DNA from: Chrysemys picta bellii
Lineage: Eukaryota
Length of the DNA: 64,000 nt
Reading direction: 5' to 3'
NCBI RefSeq assembly: GCF_011386835.1
Contig: NC_088797.1
Span: 90,830,001 to 90,894,000 of the forward strand
The translations under genes were made by a program, and so were the position numbers. Within the stretch, counting starts at the first letter, position 1. Every line of letters starts with the position of its first letter. The notes beneath the pieces are model-generated. The model did not search any database. It had not been told where the DNA came from and saw only the letters and a program-made list of their open reading frames with translations. Positions 10,682 through 23,570 of the stretch are shown one piece after another.

Positions 10682-12689
10682 TTAGTCTGTACTTCATTTC
10701 ACACCATTAATCCAGTGCATTCAGAACTAACCATCCAAATTTACTTCTGTGCATTAAAACCAACATGCAGTTTCATCCCACCCCCAAATGCAGCCTTCTC
10801 CCCTCACCTCTTTTTAAAGTTGATCCACCTTTTACCCATTATATATTTGCAACCCTCTTCCCTAGCCCACTTATAACTTTTGGGAATGGCAACCCTAATT
10901 CCACTCTGGGATTTGAAAACCACTTAATCTTTGAACTAAAGGAACCTAAAATCTCAAGAATAAATTTTGTTTTGAAAGTATAAGAATTGTCAATCAATTA
11001 TTTACTCCTTGAAGCATTTAAAATGATCATGTCGATAGCTGGAGGAGAATTTAAACCTGACATAGCCTGGATTTCCTAGTCATACAGGTACATATTGAAC
11101 TCTGTACTGTTAGAGAGTATTGAGTGTATTTAGCTTCTCATTGAAAAATCACTTCCCCTATATTTATCTGCATCTACACATAATCCATCTGTCATATTAT
11201 TTAATGTAAGCTTATAAGGAAGATGTGCTACGAGAATTGGGGTATTGTGGGGACTGAAGCTCATTAAAAGACTTTAGGATTAAATGTTGAAAGAAAATGA
11301 AAATTCTAGAAGGTAACCCCATTTCTTAGTGAGGTTTTTGGACAGTATGTTCCAAACTCCTCATTGATTGGTAAAGATAACCGTGTTAATGTCCTTTTTA
11401 TAAGTTATTAAGGAGTACTTGAAGGTGGTAATTCAGTTAATGAACTCTGAATGATATTAAAATATTGACTCCCTCAGTTGATGGAAGGTTTGTTGCTTAT
11501 AGCCACATGCACATAAGAGATGCATTAGGACCTTTTTTCAAATTGGTGTTTATTTTTATCATACTCTTTCCTTGTGAAGGGTTAGCAGATATATGCCAGC
11601 AGCATGCAAATGCAAATTGATACCTTCCATTTTCTCTGGAACACCTTCTCTATTTTTAATTTTTGAGGAGAAAGATTGATTTCTTCCTGGAAAAAGCAAT
11701 ACTCAAAGGAGTCTTTATTCAAATGATTCATTTCACTAGATGACAACAGACACAGCTTACTGCATTTTATGTTAATCTTAAATATTCAGTAAGTGAATCA
11801 AAGTAATTACAAAAAGGAAAAAAGGCATTAGGACTCATTTGACTAAAATTATAGTATTTATGATATACAGAAGAGGTCACCTTCTAGATTACAGGCCTCA
11901 AACAAAAATAAGGGCACAGTGTACTGATTCTGACTACAAAGGTTGATATTAAACTTAAACTTACTTTCATTTGTTTAACCAGCAAAGTAATTAAAAAAAA
12001 TAAAATTATAATTTTTAATGAAATGATTTATGTTGGCTCATTATGATTTCATTATTTTTATGTAAATTCATTTGTACTACCTGAAAATGACGGTATTTTG
12101 TGTATAAATCAAATCTTTTCTCTCCTTAAAGAGAGACTTTGATCTCTCTAATGCATGAATATCTGATGCAGTTTTTCTCCCATTAATTTGTCTGATAATT
12201 TAAACAAATTATAGTAGTTCACAGAAGATTTAAATGGCCATCAGGCAAGACAAACAATCAATACAATGTATTTTAAAGAAGCACTGTCAGTTATAAATAT
12301 TTATATTCTATAGTGTTATCTATTTCTGTCCATCACTCCTCATTTTATTAACAATGATGTGTTGAATTTGTTCAGTGTCCCCACGAGGGGGACTTTAATA
12401 AAGAACAGTGGCAAAAATATATGCTAGAAGACATTTGCCCACCTATCTTGCCTCAATTTTAATTAAAATTACTTTTTAAGTTGGTTTTGCATAGATAACT
12501 TAATTATCCACATTCCCCCTGGGTAATTCTCTCAAACCAATTATCAAACTCTCTAGAAATTAAGTAAACAGAAAAATTGGATGACTTGTATGTTACTCTA
12601 GTCCATGATATAAATAATGCTGTTTGTGCATGTAGGAGGTAATATCTGTGCAAGATTATATCATGTTTTGATTCCCCCTCCCCAATACT

Positions 12690-13731
12690 GGATAACCGTA
12701 CTCAGAGAGTTGTTATTAATGGTTCCCAATCCTGCAGGAAAGGCATAACAAGTGGGGTTCCGCAGGGGTCTGTTTTGGTACTGGCTCTGTTCAATATCTT
12801 CATTAACGACTTAGATATAGGTATAGAAAGTATGCTTATTAAGTTTGCGGATGATACCAGACTGGGAGGGATTGCAACTGCTTTGGAGGACCGGGTCATA
12901 ATTCAAAATGATCTGGACAAATGGGAGAAATGGTCTGAGGTAAACAAGATGAAGTTTAACAAAGACAAATGCAAAGTGCTCCACTTAAAAAGGAACAATC
13001 AGTTTCACACATACAGAATGGGAAGAGACTGTCTAGGAAGGAGTACGGCAGAAAGGGATCTAGGGGTTATAGTTGACCACAAGCTAAATATGAGTCAACT
13101 GTGTGATGCTGTTGCAAAAAAAGCAAACGTGATTCTGGGATGTATTAACAGGTGTGTTGTGAGCAAGACACACGAAGTCATTCTTCCGTTCTACTCTGCA
13201 TTGGTTAGGCCTCAACTAGAGTATTGTGTCCAGTTCTGGGCACTGCATTTCAAGAAATGTGGAGAAATTGGAGAGGGTCCAGAGAAGAGCAACAGGAATG
13301 ATTAAAGGTTTTGAGAACATGACCTATGAAGGAAGGCTGAAAGAATTGGGTTTGTTTAGTTTGGAAAAGAGAAGACTGAGAGGGGACATGATAACAGTTT
13401 TCAGGTATCTAAAAGGGTGTCATAAGGAGGAGGGAGAAAACTTGTTCACCTTAGCCTCTAAGGATAGAACAAGAAGCAATGGGCTTAAATTGCAGCAAGG
13501 GAGGTTTAGGTTGGACATTAGGAAAAAGTTCCTAACTGTCAGGGTGGTTAAACACTGGAATAAACTGCCTAGGGAGGTTGTGGAATCTCCATCTCTGGAG
13601 ATATTTAAGAGTAGATTAGATAAATGTCTATCAGGGATGGTCTAGACAGTATTTGGTCCTGACATGAGGGCAGGGGACTGGACTCGATCACCTCTCAAGG
13701 TCCCTCCCAGTCCTAGAATCTATGAATCTAT
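12690..13731 (+). mobile_element. 5'-truncated CR1 LINE (ORF2 reverse-transcriptase C-terminal part plus 3' end)
   Basis: ORFs 12775-13305 and 13226-13645 encode GVPQGSVLVLALFNIFINDLD, KFADDTRLGG and LERVQRRATGMIKG, split by a frameshift near 13255. The tail is (GAATCTAT)2. Confidence 0.97.
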
Positions 13732-14446
13732 ACCACACTTCAAATTTTCTTCCAATTTGACTGCCACTGCTCCCCACTCTTTTCACTTGCTGCTTTAGCC
13801 TCTTTTTTTACCTTGAACTTTCTCAGCTCTTAATGTATGTTTTTTTTACTTTGGGAGTTTTTGAGCTCCTAACTAATTCTGTTTGGCATGTTCCCAGCCT
13901 TGAAGCATGTCACTCAGGAAGAAACAATCAATAGTCACTTTGACAATTATTGTACTTAATTCATTCTTCCAAAAATGTCTTTTCAGTTCAGTCTTAATTC
14001 TATTTCTGTCTCAGGCAGTTGCTGAAAGTGCAGGTCATCTGCAAGGAGAACAACAATACAACAATTAAGAAGAAAGCAACTACCCAATACACAATAAAGT
14101 TTTGCAGCTTGCTATGGACCAGATTCTGCCAGCCTTCTTCATGTTTGGTAGAACCTTATTCTACAAAGAGCCACACTGATTGTAATGGAACTATTTGAAT
14201 AAAGTGAGAGAACTGGGCCTTTTATTGCTTTCCCCCACACAGACGCACGCACACACACTTAATGTTCAGAATAATCTGCTTCTGATCAGGCATTTTCTTT
14301 GGCTTTTTCCCATGGATCAGAAGGCTAGAGAGAAACTGCAAATAGTCCCCATAAGGGACATTGCACTCAAGGATCCAGATGTCTGATCTATTATAATAAA
14401 GGGTCTTTCAGAGACAAGTAACTAGTTTGTGCTCTTCTAGTAGGCA

Positions 14447-14614
14447 CAGTGCTTAAATTGTAATGAAAGATGTGCTGGGGCTCAAGCAATTTTTTTTTTA
14501 CTTTTATAACTGATGTGGCAAGCCCAGAGGTGCCAGGGCTATGGGGCTATGAACTGCCAAGCCTGGAGATGCCAGGTCTCAGCCCCGGCAAGCCCTGGCA
14601 CAAATTAAACACTG
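14447..14614. mobile_element. hAT-type MITE
   Basis: TIRs CAGTGCTTAA...TTAAACACTG with an 8-bp TSD AGTAGGCA/AGTAGACA. Confidence 0.8.
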
Positions 14615-15264
14615 AGTAGACAGGAATTCTTTCAGAATTAGAGGCTTCACACAGTTTCACAGCAGGTTGGACAGAGAACAAGTCATGTCTCCTTTGAAGA
14701 AAATATCAAAAGTTTCTCAAATAAAGGAAGAATTTCTAACCCCTTTTATTTGATCAGTTGGCTTTATATTAATAACTTTAGATCTTTGATACCACAGTTA
14801 AGATTAAGACATTTATCCCTTCAACTTGTGGTGGTGGTATTTGATAAGATCTATAAAAAGGCTGCCAACAAGTCAAGTTTTGCCTTAATGAGAGTAATGA
14901 TGAATGCAATCACGCATTATCTTACCTATGCAGTCACTTTCTTCAAAAGAAGGGGGTGGGGGAAATCTAGGGCTCAGGATATTCTGTTGTTGGAGACCAT
15001 AATTTTTCTGAGTACTTAAACTCAATTTAAGATACAAGAAATTAATTGGCATTTGTTTCCTTTCCTAAGCTGAACAGAGTCTACAGACTCTGTAGTGGAC
15101 TGGAAGAAACTTGGGAGTGGAGAAGAGAGTAGGGGCAGTCTCTATGGTGGCATTTCCCCTTACATCATCAGTTTAGAGAGTAACATCAAGTTGAGAAAGA
15201 GGCTGATGTTGAGTCATTAAACCTCTTATTATCTTTCATCCAACCATTCTCCTGTCTTGTTTAG

Positions 15265-15300
15265 GATGTGCAGAGATTCAGAGTGATCACAATGGAAACC
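15265..15300 (+). CDS. Candidate 36-nt cassette exon
   Basis: ttctcctgtcttgtttAG|...AAACC|GTatgg. Open in phase 1 (CAEIQSDHNGN) and phase 0 (DVQRFRVITMET). The donor is weak. Confidence 0.2.
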
Positions 15301-17280
15301 GTATGGATAAATAGATTTCACAAAGACCATGGAACAAAAAAATTATTTGTGGTTTTTCTCCAGGTGTCTGATTTTTTTGGGTAAAAACCAGGAGAATATA
15401 GTTTGCAGATAAGGTTATATTACCAGCTCAGGGTCAAAGTTTAAGATTGCTGTCTCCTTGAAAGGGTGGCTCTGATAGTGCTTTAATTCTTAGAAATAAC
15501 TCCCTCCCCCGTTCATGGTTTACTTAGCCAGTTTCAGTGTGAGTATAGTAGTAGTTGTAGTATCTGTTACAAGAACTACACATGTTAAGCATTACCAGGT
15601 TTGTAGTGAAAGAGAAGATTTTGTATTTAGAGCTGGTGGGGGGGGAGGGAGGAGATTCTATTGAAATGTGTAACCAACCCTTTCTAAAGTATTCTGAACT
15701 TGGGTGTGTAAGAAGCTTCAGTTTCTATTCTCAAAAAGTTGCATGCAGTCACTGGAGAACTCAGGAGCGGCAGTCACGATAGTTTAGCTTGGATGGTATT
15801 TCCACAACCCCAAGGGGAGAGGAAAAGAAAGCCAGGTGAAAACTAGAAAGTTACAATCATCTATGTGAATGTTTGGAATGATCACAGGAGCACAAGCCTT
15901 TGTACCATGTTAGGACGCCTTCCCATGAGAGGAAGTGGCAGTCCATGGTAACCACAATGATGCGGTGGCCCTGCCTCTAATTGTGAAGTGACTCCCCTTT
16001 TTCATTCCTGAAACAGAAGCTGGTAGGGCAGAAGGTCCAGAGGGGAAGAGGTCTGGTGGGGTGCAATTGGTCTGAGACTTAAAGCCCACTGTGATGTTTT
16101 TCTTGGATCACTCATCATTAGATTAGAAGCTGGATTCAGAGTACAGTCAAAGACAAAACAATCTGCCAGGTGAAGATTTCCTTCCATACAAAATAAGAAA
16201 TCTGGGTGGTGGGTAGAGCCAGAGGGGCATGACCTATCACAGAATTGGCTGACGATGAGTATTATAGAATTCTGAGAGATTTATTTTCTGGCTTGGATTT
16301 CTTTCTAGGCTTCTTTATGTATGTATATTTTGGGACTGTTTGTGAATAAGTATAGATTGATTTCTCTAGCCAAGAATGCATCCATCTTTTAATAGACAAA
16401 CTTTTTTTAAAATGTGATCATGCTTCTGCTGTGAAACAGAAGACTGAGTAGTTCTTTCATGGAATTTAGTAATTCAGGAATTTTTGCATGTCAAAGAGAT
16501 GCTCTATTTGAAATCTGGAAAGAAGAGAACCAGCTGTTCTATAGAATAACATACTCTTTTGGACAGTCAAGAAATGGCATTGATATCAGGTGTTGGGGAG
16601 CCACCTGGCTGCTTTTTGCCAGAGTAATTGTTTTGGAAGAGATTTGACATTTTGGGAGAAGAATTGGGGTTGAGGAGAAGAAAATCCTCTTCAGTTATGC
16701 AAATGTTGCTTTTTCTGGCTGTGTTCTTGTTTTTTTTCTTTTCTGCCTCTCTTCCATACATATTTCTGAATAGTAATTTACTTTGAAAGATAGCCCACAT
16801 GTCTACCAGTCTCGTGGAAGGAGTTCTACAGAACGACAGACCTATGTGGTATTTTCAATGGGGATTGTCACCAAAATATCCATATAAATAACTTCTTAAG
16901 TTAAAAGTTCATTTGAATAGTGTTTGTAATACATTATTACTAGTGTGGTACATTTTATAGTTGGAAAAAAAAATCGGGGCTAATATTTTAAATGGTGACA
17001 AGTGATTTTGGGTGCTCAAGTTAAGACACCTTAAAGTATGACTTCAGAAAGTGCTGCATTGCCCCTGGAAATCAGATGCCTTTTAAGGGTTTCAAAATTA
17101 CTAGTCACTAGTTGAAAATCATGGTTCAGGTTTGTATCTATAATGTACTTGCTTACCGGAAAACTTCTAAATGTGTCATATATTTATGAGTGAGTGTGAA
17201 AATTATTACTCATCATTAATTTTCTAGTGCACTAAAGAGAGTAGATCCTGACACTCTTTCTAAGGTTTATATTTGGGTAT

Positions 17281-17760
17281 TGTGTTGGGATAGTCTGAGG
17301 CCTTATCCACTCAGGAGCGTGTTTGGATAAGGTCTCTGAAGCCATTCCCTCAGTAGTCCCCAAGACTGTATCCACTTGCTTCCCAAGAACTCAGCTTGAC
17401 TACAAACTCATCACTGAGGTTTCTTTATTGACATACAGTCAAACTACACTTGAGTTGATCAGGCTCATGCATAGGGAGGGTACAGGGCATACCACATATC
17501 CAAAGTACTAAATCATGAATCCGCTTATATATAAACACTTAATATAGCGTATCACACACTTTGGTCTAATATTTTTTTTAGCCAATCACTTTCTAGGTCA
17601 TGAATTGTTCACATGCTGCACTACATAGCAGGCCACAGCTGCAAGCTATCCCACATTGCTTACTAGCCTATCTCTTCTCTGCTAGCTACATCTTTTACAT
17701 ATTTACAAAGCTAATGTAAATTCATGTTTTGTTCATTGTTTCATGTTCTTGCTCAGAATA
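17281..17760 (-). mobile_element. Possible LTR fragment
   Basis: On the minus strand: TATATATAAG (about 17525-17534), then AATAAA (about 17425), ending in ...CCCAACACA. No TSD found. Confidence 0.3.
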
Positions 17761-17763
17761 GAC

Positions 17764-17850
17764 AGAAATACTGGTGTGATTTTACAAAGGGTCAATTCAG
17801 ATAATTCATTGAACTGAATTGACCCTTTGTAAAATCACACCAGTATTTCT
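17764..17850. repeat. Perfect inverted repeat, 37-bp arms, 13-nt spacer
   Basis: 17764-17800 is the exact reverse complement of 17814-17850. Confidence 0.97.
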
Positions 17851-20800
17851 TCTTTAAGGGTACTAGAGCATATTATAGGCCAAATTCTGTTCTTCAGACT
17901 TAAATGAGTTTAAAGGAATTGTCTGAATCACGACAGAATTTGACTCCAAACTATAAAAACTGTATTAAGTTTACAAACAAATTAAAGTTCTCTTCCAGAA
18001 AGTACTTTAGCTTCCACATCCCATATTTCCATCAAACAGTAAACTACTCCATAAATGAAAATTTATAACAAAAATATGACTCAAGGAATTACTGATATTT
18101 CAAATGCTATCAAATATTCTGCCGTTTTCTTTAAGGTATGCTTTTCTCTCGAAAGTGTAAGGCCATTGTTTTCCAACCCCTTTTTTTTTTTTTTTTTTTG
18201 GCCTAAGGTTTTTATCTAAGCCTTGCAAACTTAATCGCCTCTAAAGCATGTTCAGAATATTGGGCACTTATTTCATTCAGAACAGTGTGGCAGTTGCAGC
18301 CCAGCAAATTATTTTAATTATACTTTAGTCATAGGTCTGGATTTAAGCAATGTTGGTGAGGCTTCAGTTCTTCCCGCAGAGTTTTGCAGAGGGTGGAAAA
18401 AGAGTATCAAAGTATTTCAAGAGCCTCTTTATTAAATATATGAAATATCAGCATATAACAGATCAATTTCATTGGTGACAATCAGTTAGACAATCCCCCC
18501 AAAACCAAAGGTCTGGTAAATAACAAAAGTTGTTTAAAAAACAAATAATTGTAAATCAACTCGAGAGTAAGCGAGAGTACGCAAACACCTTGTTGTTCTA
18601 CAATCACAGCAGACTAAACAAAAACACTATCTACAAAACCAAGGAGAAAGCTCTCGTATATGGCTATTAAACCTTGGGGAAAAATAGCTAATTCTTATAT
18701 AATTGAATGCAAAACATCTAAACAGTTCCCTTGCTTTCAGTCAGGTTGTTAGGGAGTGCTGTGGCCGAGAACAGTTGGGTTTCTCATTGTTTGGGAATAT
18801 GGATTGGGTCTGGACTCTGAGTCATAGAAGCTAGAGATATACAAGACCAATTAGCATCTTTCTACCCACACTTCTCATTTTAATTAGGTTGTGTTGTACT
18901 ATTTTTCTGCTTTCCCTGGTGTTTGGAAATTCTCCCAATGTAATATCTTATGTAAATTTCATTAATATGGTATCTTCGCTCTCTCTTCCAGCGATCTAAT
19001 GATGATAAATAAGATTCAGTATAATGCACTCAACACCACTTTCTGTGTGCCAGTGTAAGAGCCTGCATAGAAACAGAAGTGATTTTCTGCATTCTGCACC
19101 TCCTGAAACTTCCAAATGGCTGGCTTATAACAGTAGCTCCAAGAAGAGCAGATAGCAATAGTCCTAACCTTGAGGTGACAAAGTGTCAGGGGCAGAGTCA
19201 AGGAAAAAAGCTGACTGGGTAAATTAACTATGGGAGCCTTGTTTTAAGATTCAGTGTCCCCCTTTGGTGTTGGAGGAATAGTGGAAGTAGTGAAGGGAAA
19301 CAAAGCTTCAGTGGCTTTCCTCTTCATTTCTCCCACCCCTGCAAACAAAGAGCACTCTCTAAAACATGAGAGCTGTTCTTAAGGTTTTTTAAAAACTTGA
19401 AATTAAATATATCCCTGCTGTAACTCCAACAAAGTTAGCTGAGCTAACCAGGGATCAGTTTGGCTATTTGTGCACTATGGAATGATTGTTCCTATATATC
19501 TAATTCCTTCAACAATCAGGAAATCTAGATGCCCAGTATTTTTGAATTGTATACGTGAGTTTGTTTTGTAGATGCTGTTTGACTTTGGCTCACGATAATA
19601 GGTTTCTTAAAGGGCTGTAATTACTTTTGTATCTGTACTCCCTATTCACTTGGCAGTACTAAGCTTCTGCTTGTACAGTTTAATGTTAAATGTGGCTGTC
19701 AGCTTGTCACAGGGCAAGAGACGCTTCCTCCAAATTTAATAGCATCTTTCTCCTTGTAAGCTGCCTATGCACAAAGAGGTAATAAAACTGAGTCACTAAT
19801 CGGAAAAAATTTGGCTATTCAGGTTCTACTTACTAGAACTGCATATTATAGCAAGTAATAGTAGGAAGTACATTAACTTTTTGAAATGTTTATTCAGTAA
19901 TCACTGTACATTCCAAACGTCCATTAAATAGGGTCTGGCATCACTGACCTTCTTTTAATGTGAGAAATCTAAGGTGAAATTCTCTCTCTATATTGAGAAC
20001 TAAAGTTCCATTGGGCAGGGATCATAGACTTCATTTAGGTCCAGGTTTCACCCATTTCCTTCTGTTTTGTACAACACAAGGTATCCGTGAATAACAAATA
20101 ATTGTCTAAAATTATATACTCCACTTTATCAAGCAGGCTCACTTATGGTCAACCCATGACACTCACAGTATAGCACTTGTGCATGTTATAGTCTGAAGAC
20201 TTGCTAAAGAAAATTTGTGATAAGTTTATTTTAAATCTGAATGTCTTGAAATAGCTTCTAATTTTTTTGAATATGCCAGTCCAGTTCTTTTGCTTGTGAG
20301 AGCTTGACATGAGTATTTAAGCTAGATTTCATTGTTGGAGGAGTAGCTTTAGTTCCATTAATGCATTTTTTTTAATTAAAGAAAATGTCCTCCGGGTACT
20401 AAAAAACAGACAATGTCATGTCGTTTTCTGAATTTAGGAATACCTTAGTTGTTGTTTAAGATGGGTAAGGAGCAAGAGGTCTTAATAAAAACATACTGGA
20501 TGTAAGGTATAGACTACAGGAAACCTGTAGCATCAACTGATTGATTCAACAGTTGACATTAGCTTTGTTCCTTTTTATTACTTACTTTGCATCACTTAAG
20601 CCTACTGTACTAAGAAATATCATTACTTAATTTCATGAAGTTGACCTGATAACATGTAGGAAGGTGCTCCCCCCGCCCCTCCTCCTGATAAAACACTTGT
20701 TGGCAATCTGTTCACAAGTTTCTTACACGCAATAGGATTGAGCCATAGTTTCCTTCCAAGTTCATATAAAGATTCATGACATTTTCCATGCAAAAGATGA

Positions 20801-21483
20801 CTGTGAAAATGAACGAAGTTTACCCAAACCCCATAAAACTTCTATTAAAATATTATGTGAAATTATTAGAGTGATTAAATCTGTGCAATCACCTAAAAAG
20901 AGGAAAGTTACATTGCTTGGTTTCTTCAGGTAATATCAAGTAGGCTCCATATCAAGTAAGAGGAGTTATTAATGAACAAGGGGAAGGGAAGGAGACAGGC
21001 CGCAAGAGCAAACTAGAGCTATATTTCAATTTGCTAATGCACAACTAATTGATATCAGTGCACTGTATTTTGCAAGTACATTCCAAAGAATTGTTGCCAG
21101 TAAATATCTCCCTCACCAAGAAATATAAAGGTAACTTTATATGCACTTGGAAACAGACTAAGGCCCAATAAAGGTTGCAAACAGTGACAATTAGTCAGCT
21201 AAAACCCCTAGGGCCAGACAGTGCAAATGCCGTGCATGGGATAGTACATATAATGGGGGCATGTGTATTTCCGAAGTACTTGTTTAATGCTTGGCTTTTT
21301 TCATCTTTGTGTCAGAATATCATAATATCTCGTTTAATAGTTTGTCCTCTGGTGCTTAGTGTTTTATAAGTATATGTTTTAATGTTTTTAGAAACAGCCA
21401 GAAATCAGCCAGAGCAGAAGTATCTGTGCAGCAGAAGTATCTGTGCAGCTAGGCTATATATGTGTATATATTCTATAAAGTAA

Positions 21484-21487
<4 letters not shown>

Positions 21488-21522
<35 letters not shown>

Positions 21523-21530
21523 TATATATA
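21488..21530. repeat. (TG)n(TA)n microsatellite
   Basis: Read directly from the sequence. Confidence 0.95.
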
Positions 21531-22122
21531 AAGTAACATGATTATTTGGGACCCAAATGTGATCATGTGATGTGTTTTTTTTTTTTTTATATTCCTCTTA
21601 CTGTGTAATGAACAAAAGATGAGCCTAACACTGTGAATTTTAGTGACCATTTTGAGAAAGCTGAAATGGAGTAGGAAAAGTCAGTTTTCCAAGGCGACAA
21701 ACATGCATTCAGCTTTTTATTTACATAATACATATAAATAAAATATTTTATTTGGTTGCACTTTGTTCCAATGGCAGGAGAAAAAGATGTGCAGCGGAAA
21801 ATACTGCTGTAAAATTGGCAGATTTTATGTTCCTACTTGACTGTAACATGGGGCTGTCCAAAATTAGTCTTCCCACTCCTCTGGCCTTTCCTATCTGATG
21901 CAAAATTGTAGAACAGTATTCTTTCTTAAGTACCAAATGTACCCTATTAAATATATAAAGACATACTGAGTGAAAGGTTGCTAGCCTAAGGTGCAAAATG
22001 GTGATGACTTCTAATAGCTGCTCCTTTTAAACTCAAGTATCAGAGGGGTAGCCGTGTTAGTCTGTATCCACAAAAACAAGGAGGAGTCTGGTGGCACCTT
22101 AAAGACGAACACATTTATTTGG

Positions 22123-22182
22123 GCATAAGCTTTCATGGGTAAACCCCCCCCACACACACACACACACCCTTTTTCAGATGCA
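22123..22182 (-). ncRNA. Degenerate hammerhead-like motif (G8A; GT-repeat expansion in stem-loop II)
   Basis: Minus strand reads TGCAT-CTGAAAA-AGGG(TG)n...ACCCAT-GAAA-GCT-T-ATGC. Confidence 0.4.
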
Positions 22183-22734
22183 TGGAGTGAAAATTACAGA
22201 TGCAGGCATTATTATACTGACACATGAAGGGAAGAGAGTTACCTTACAAGTGGAGAACCAGTGTTGACAAGTCCAATTCAATCAGGTTGGATGTGGTCCA
22301 CTCCAATAATTGATGAGGAGGTGTCAATACCAGGAGAGGGAAAGTTGCTTTTGTAGTGAGCTAGCCACTCCCAGTCCCTCTTCAAGCCCAAATTAAATGG
22401 TGTTAAATTTGCAAATGAATTTTAGTTCTGCAGTTTCTCTTTGAAGTCTGTTTTAGGAAACAGATTGACAGAGCAAGACGAGTACCCAAAAGTCACCTAC
22501 TACAGGACAGGCCCAACAAGGAAAATAACAGAACACCACTGGCCATCACGTACAGCCCCCAGCTAAAACTTCTCTAGCACATCATCATCTATCTACAACC
22601 TATCCTAGAAAACAACCCCTCACTCTCACAGACCTTGGGAGGCAGGCCAGTCCTCGTTTACAGACAGCCCCCCACCTGAAGCAAATACTCACCAGCAACT
22701 ACACACCACATCACAGAAACACTAACCCAGGAAT

Positions 22735-22954
22735 AAGCAACAGAGTTTTCTGTGGCACCTTTAAGACTAACAGATGTATTGGAGCATAAGCTTTCATGGA
22801 TGAATGCCCACTTTGTCGGATGATGTGCATCCGACGAAGTGGGTATTCACCCACGAAAGCTTATGCTCCAATACATCTGTTAGTATTAAAGGTGCTACAG
22901 AACTCTCTGTTGCTTTTTACAGATCCAGACTAACATGGCTACCCCTCTGATACT
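22735..22954 (+). mobile_element. Nested non-autonomous Penelope-type hairpin-plus-tail element
   Basis: Arms of about 88 nt (22735-22822 vs 22828-22915) with a 5-nt spacer, a 39-nt tail, and a perfect 12-bp TSD TAACCCAGGAAT (22723-22734 and 22955-22966). Confidence 0.9.
22827..22866 (+). ncRNA. Minimal type I hammerhead-like motif (core variant CCGACGA)
   Basis: GCAT-CCGACGA-A-GTGGG-TATTCA-CCCAC-GAAA-GCT-T-ATGC. Helix I is 4 bp, helix II is a perfect 5 bp, helix III is the palindrome AGCT, and U4 is replaced by C. Confidence 0.55.
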
Positions 22955-23516
22955 TAACCCAGGAATCAATCCCTTTAACAAACCCCGTTGCCTACTCTCT
23001 CCCCATGTCTACTCTAGCAACACCATCAGAGGACCTAACCACATGAGCCACACCCTCAGGGACTCATTCACCTGCACATATACTAATGTGATATGTGCCA
23101 GTAATGCCCCCCTGCCATGTATATTGGCCAAACTGGACAGTTTCTACGTAGAAGAATAAATGGACACAAATCAGTAGGAGAACACTTCAATCTCCCTGGA
23201 CATTCTATAACAGACATAAGAGTAGCCATACTACAACAAAAAAACTTCAAAAACAGATTTCAAAGAGAAACTTTGAAAGAGAAAATTCATTTGCAAATTT
23301 AATACCATTAATTTGGGCTTGAATAGGGACTGGGAGTGACTGGCTCACTACAAAAGCAACTTTCCCTCTCCTGGTATTGACACCTCCTCATCAATTATTG
23401 GGAGTGGACCACATCTAGCCTGATTGAATTGGCCCTGTCAACACTGGTTCTCCACTTGTAACTCCCTTCTCTTCATGTGTCAGTATAATAATGCCTGCAT
23501 CTGTAACTTTCACTCC

Positions 23517-23570
23517 ATGCATCTGAAGAAGTGTGTGTGTGTGTGGGGGATTATCCGTGAAAGCTCATGC
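23517..23570 (+). ncRNA. Hammerhead-like motif with intact core but disrupted stem II
   Basis: ATGCAT-CTGAAGA-A(GT)n..TCCGT-GAAA-GCT-C-ATGC, with a CUC cleavage triplet. Confidence 0.45.

Larger units (their letters stand above)
22458..23420 (+). pseudogene. Decayed Penelope ORF C-terminus (linker plus GIY-YIG endonuclease)
   Basis: Fragments NKPRCLLSPHVYSSNTIRGPNH..SFTCT.TNVI and MYIGQTGQFLRRRINGHKS/VGEHFNLPGHS. Disrupted by stops, small deletions and a nested insertion. Confidence 0.88.

Noticed and set aside
12775-13645. Reverse-transcriptase ORFs as a novel RT system (retron, DGR and similar)
   Set aside because: Ordinary 5'-truncated CR1 ORF2 with a frameshift and the standard CR1 tail.
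21413-21449. 17-bp tandem duplication AGCAGAAGTATCTGTGC x2
   Set aside because: A simple two-copy slippage duplication next to a microsatellite; not an array.
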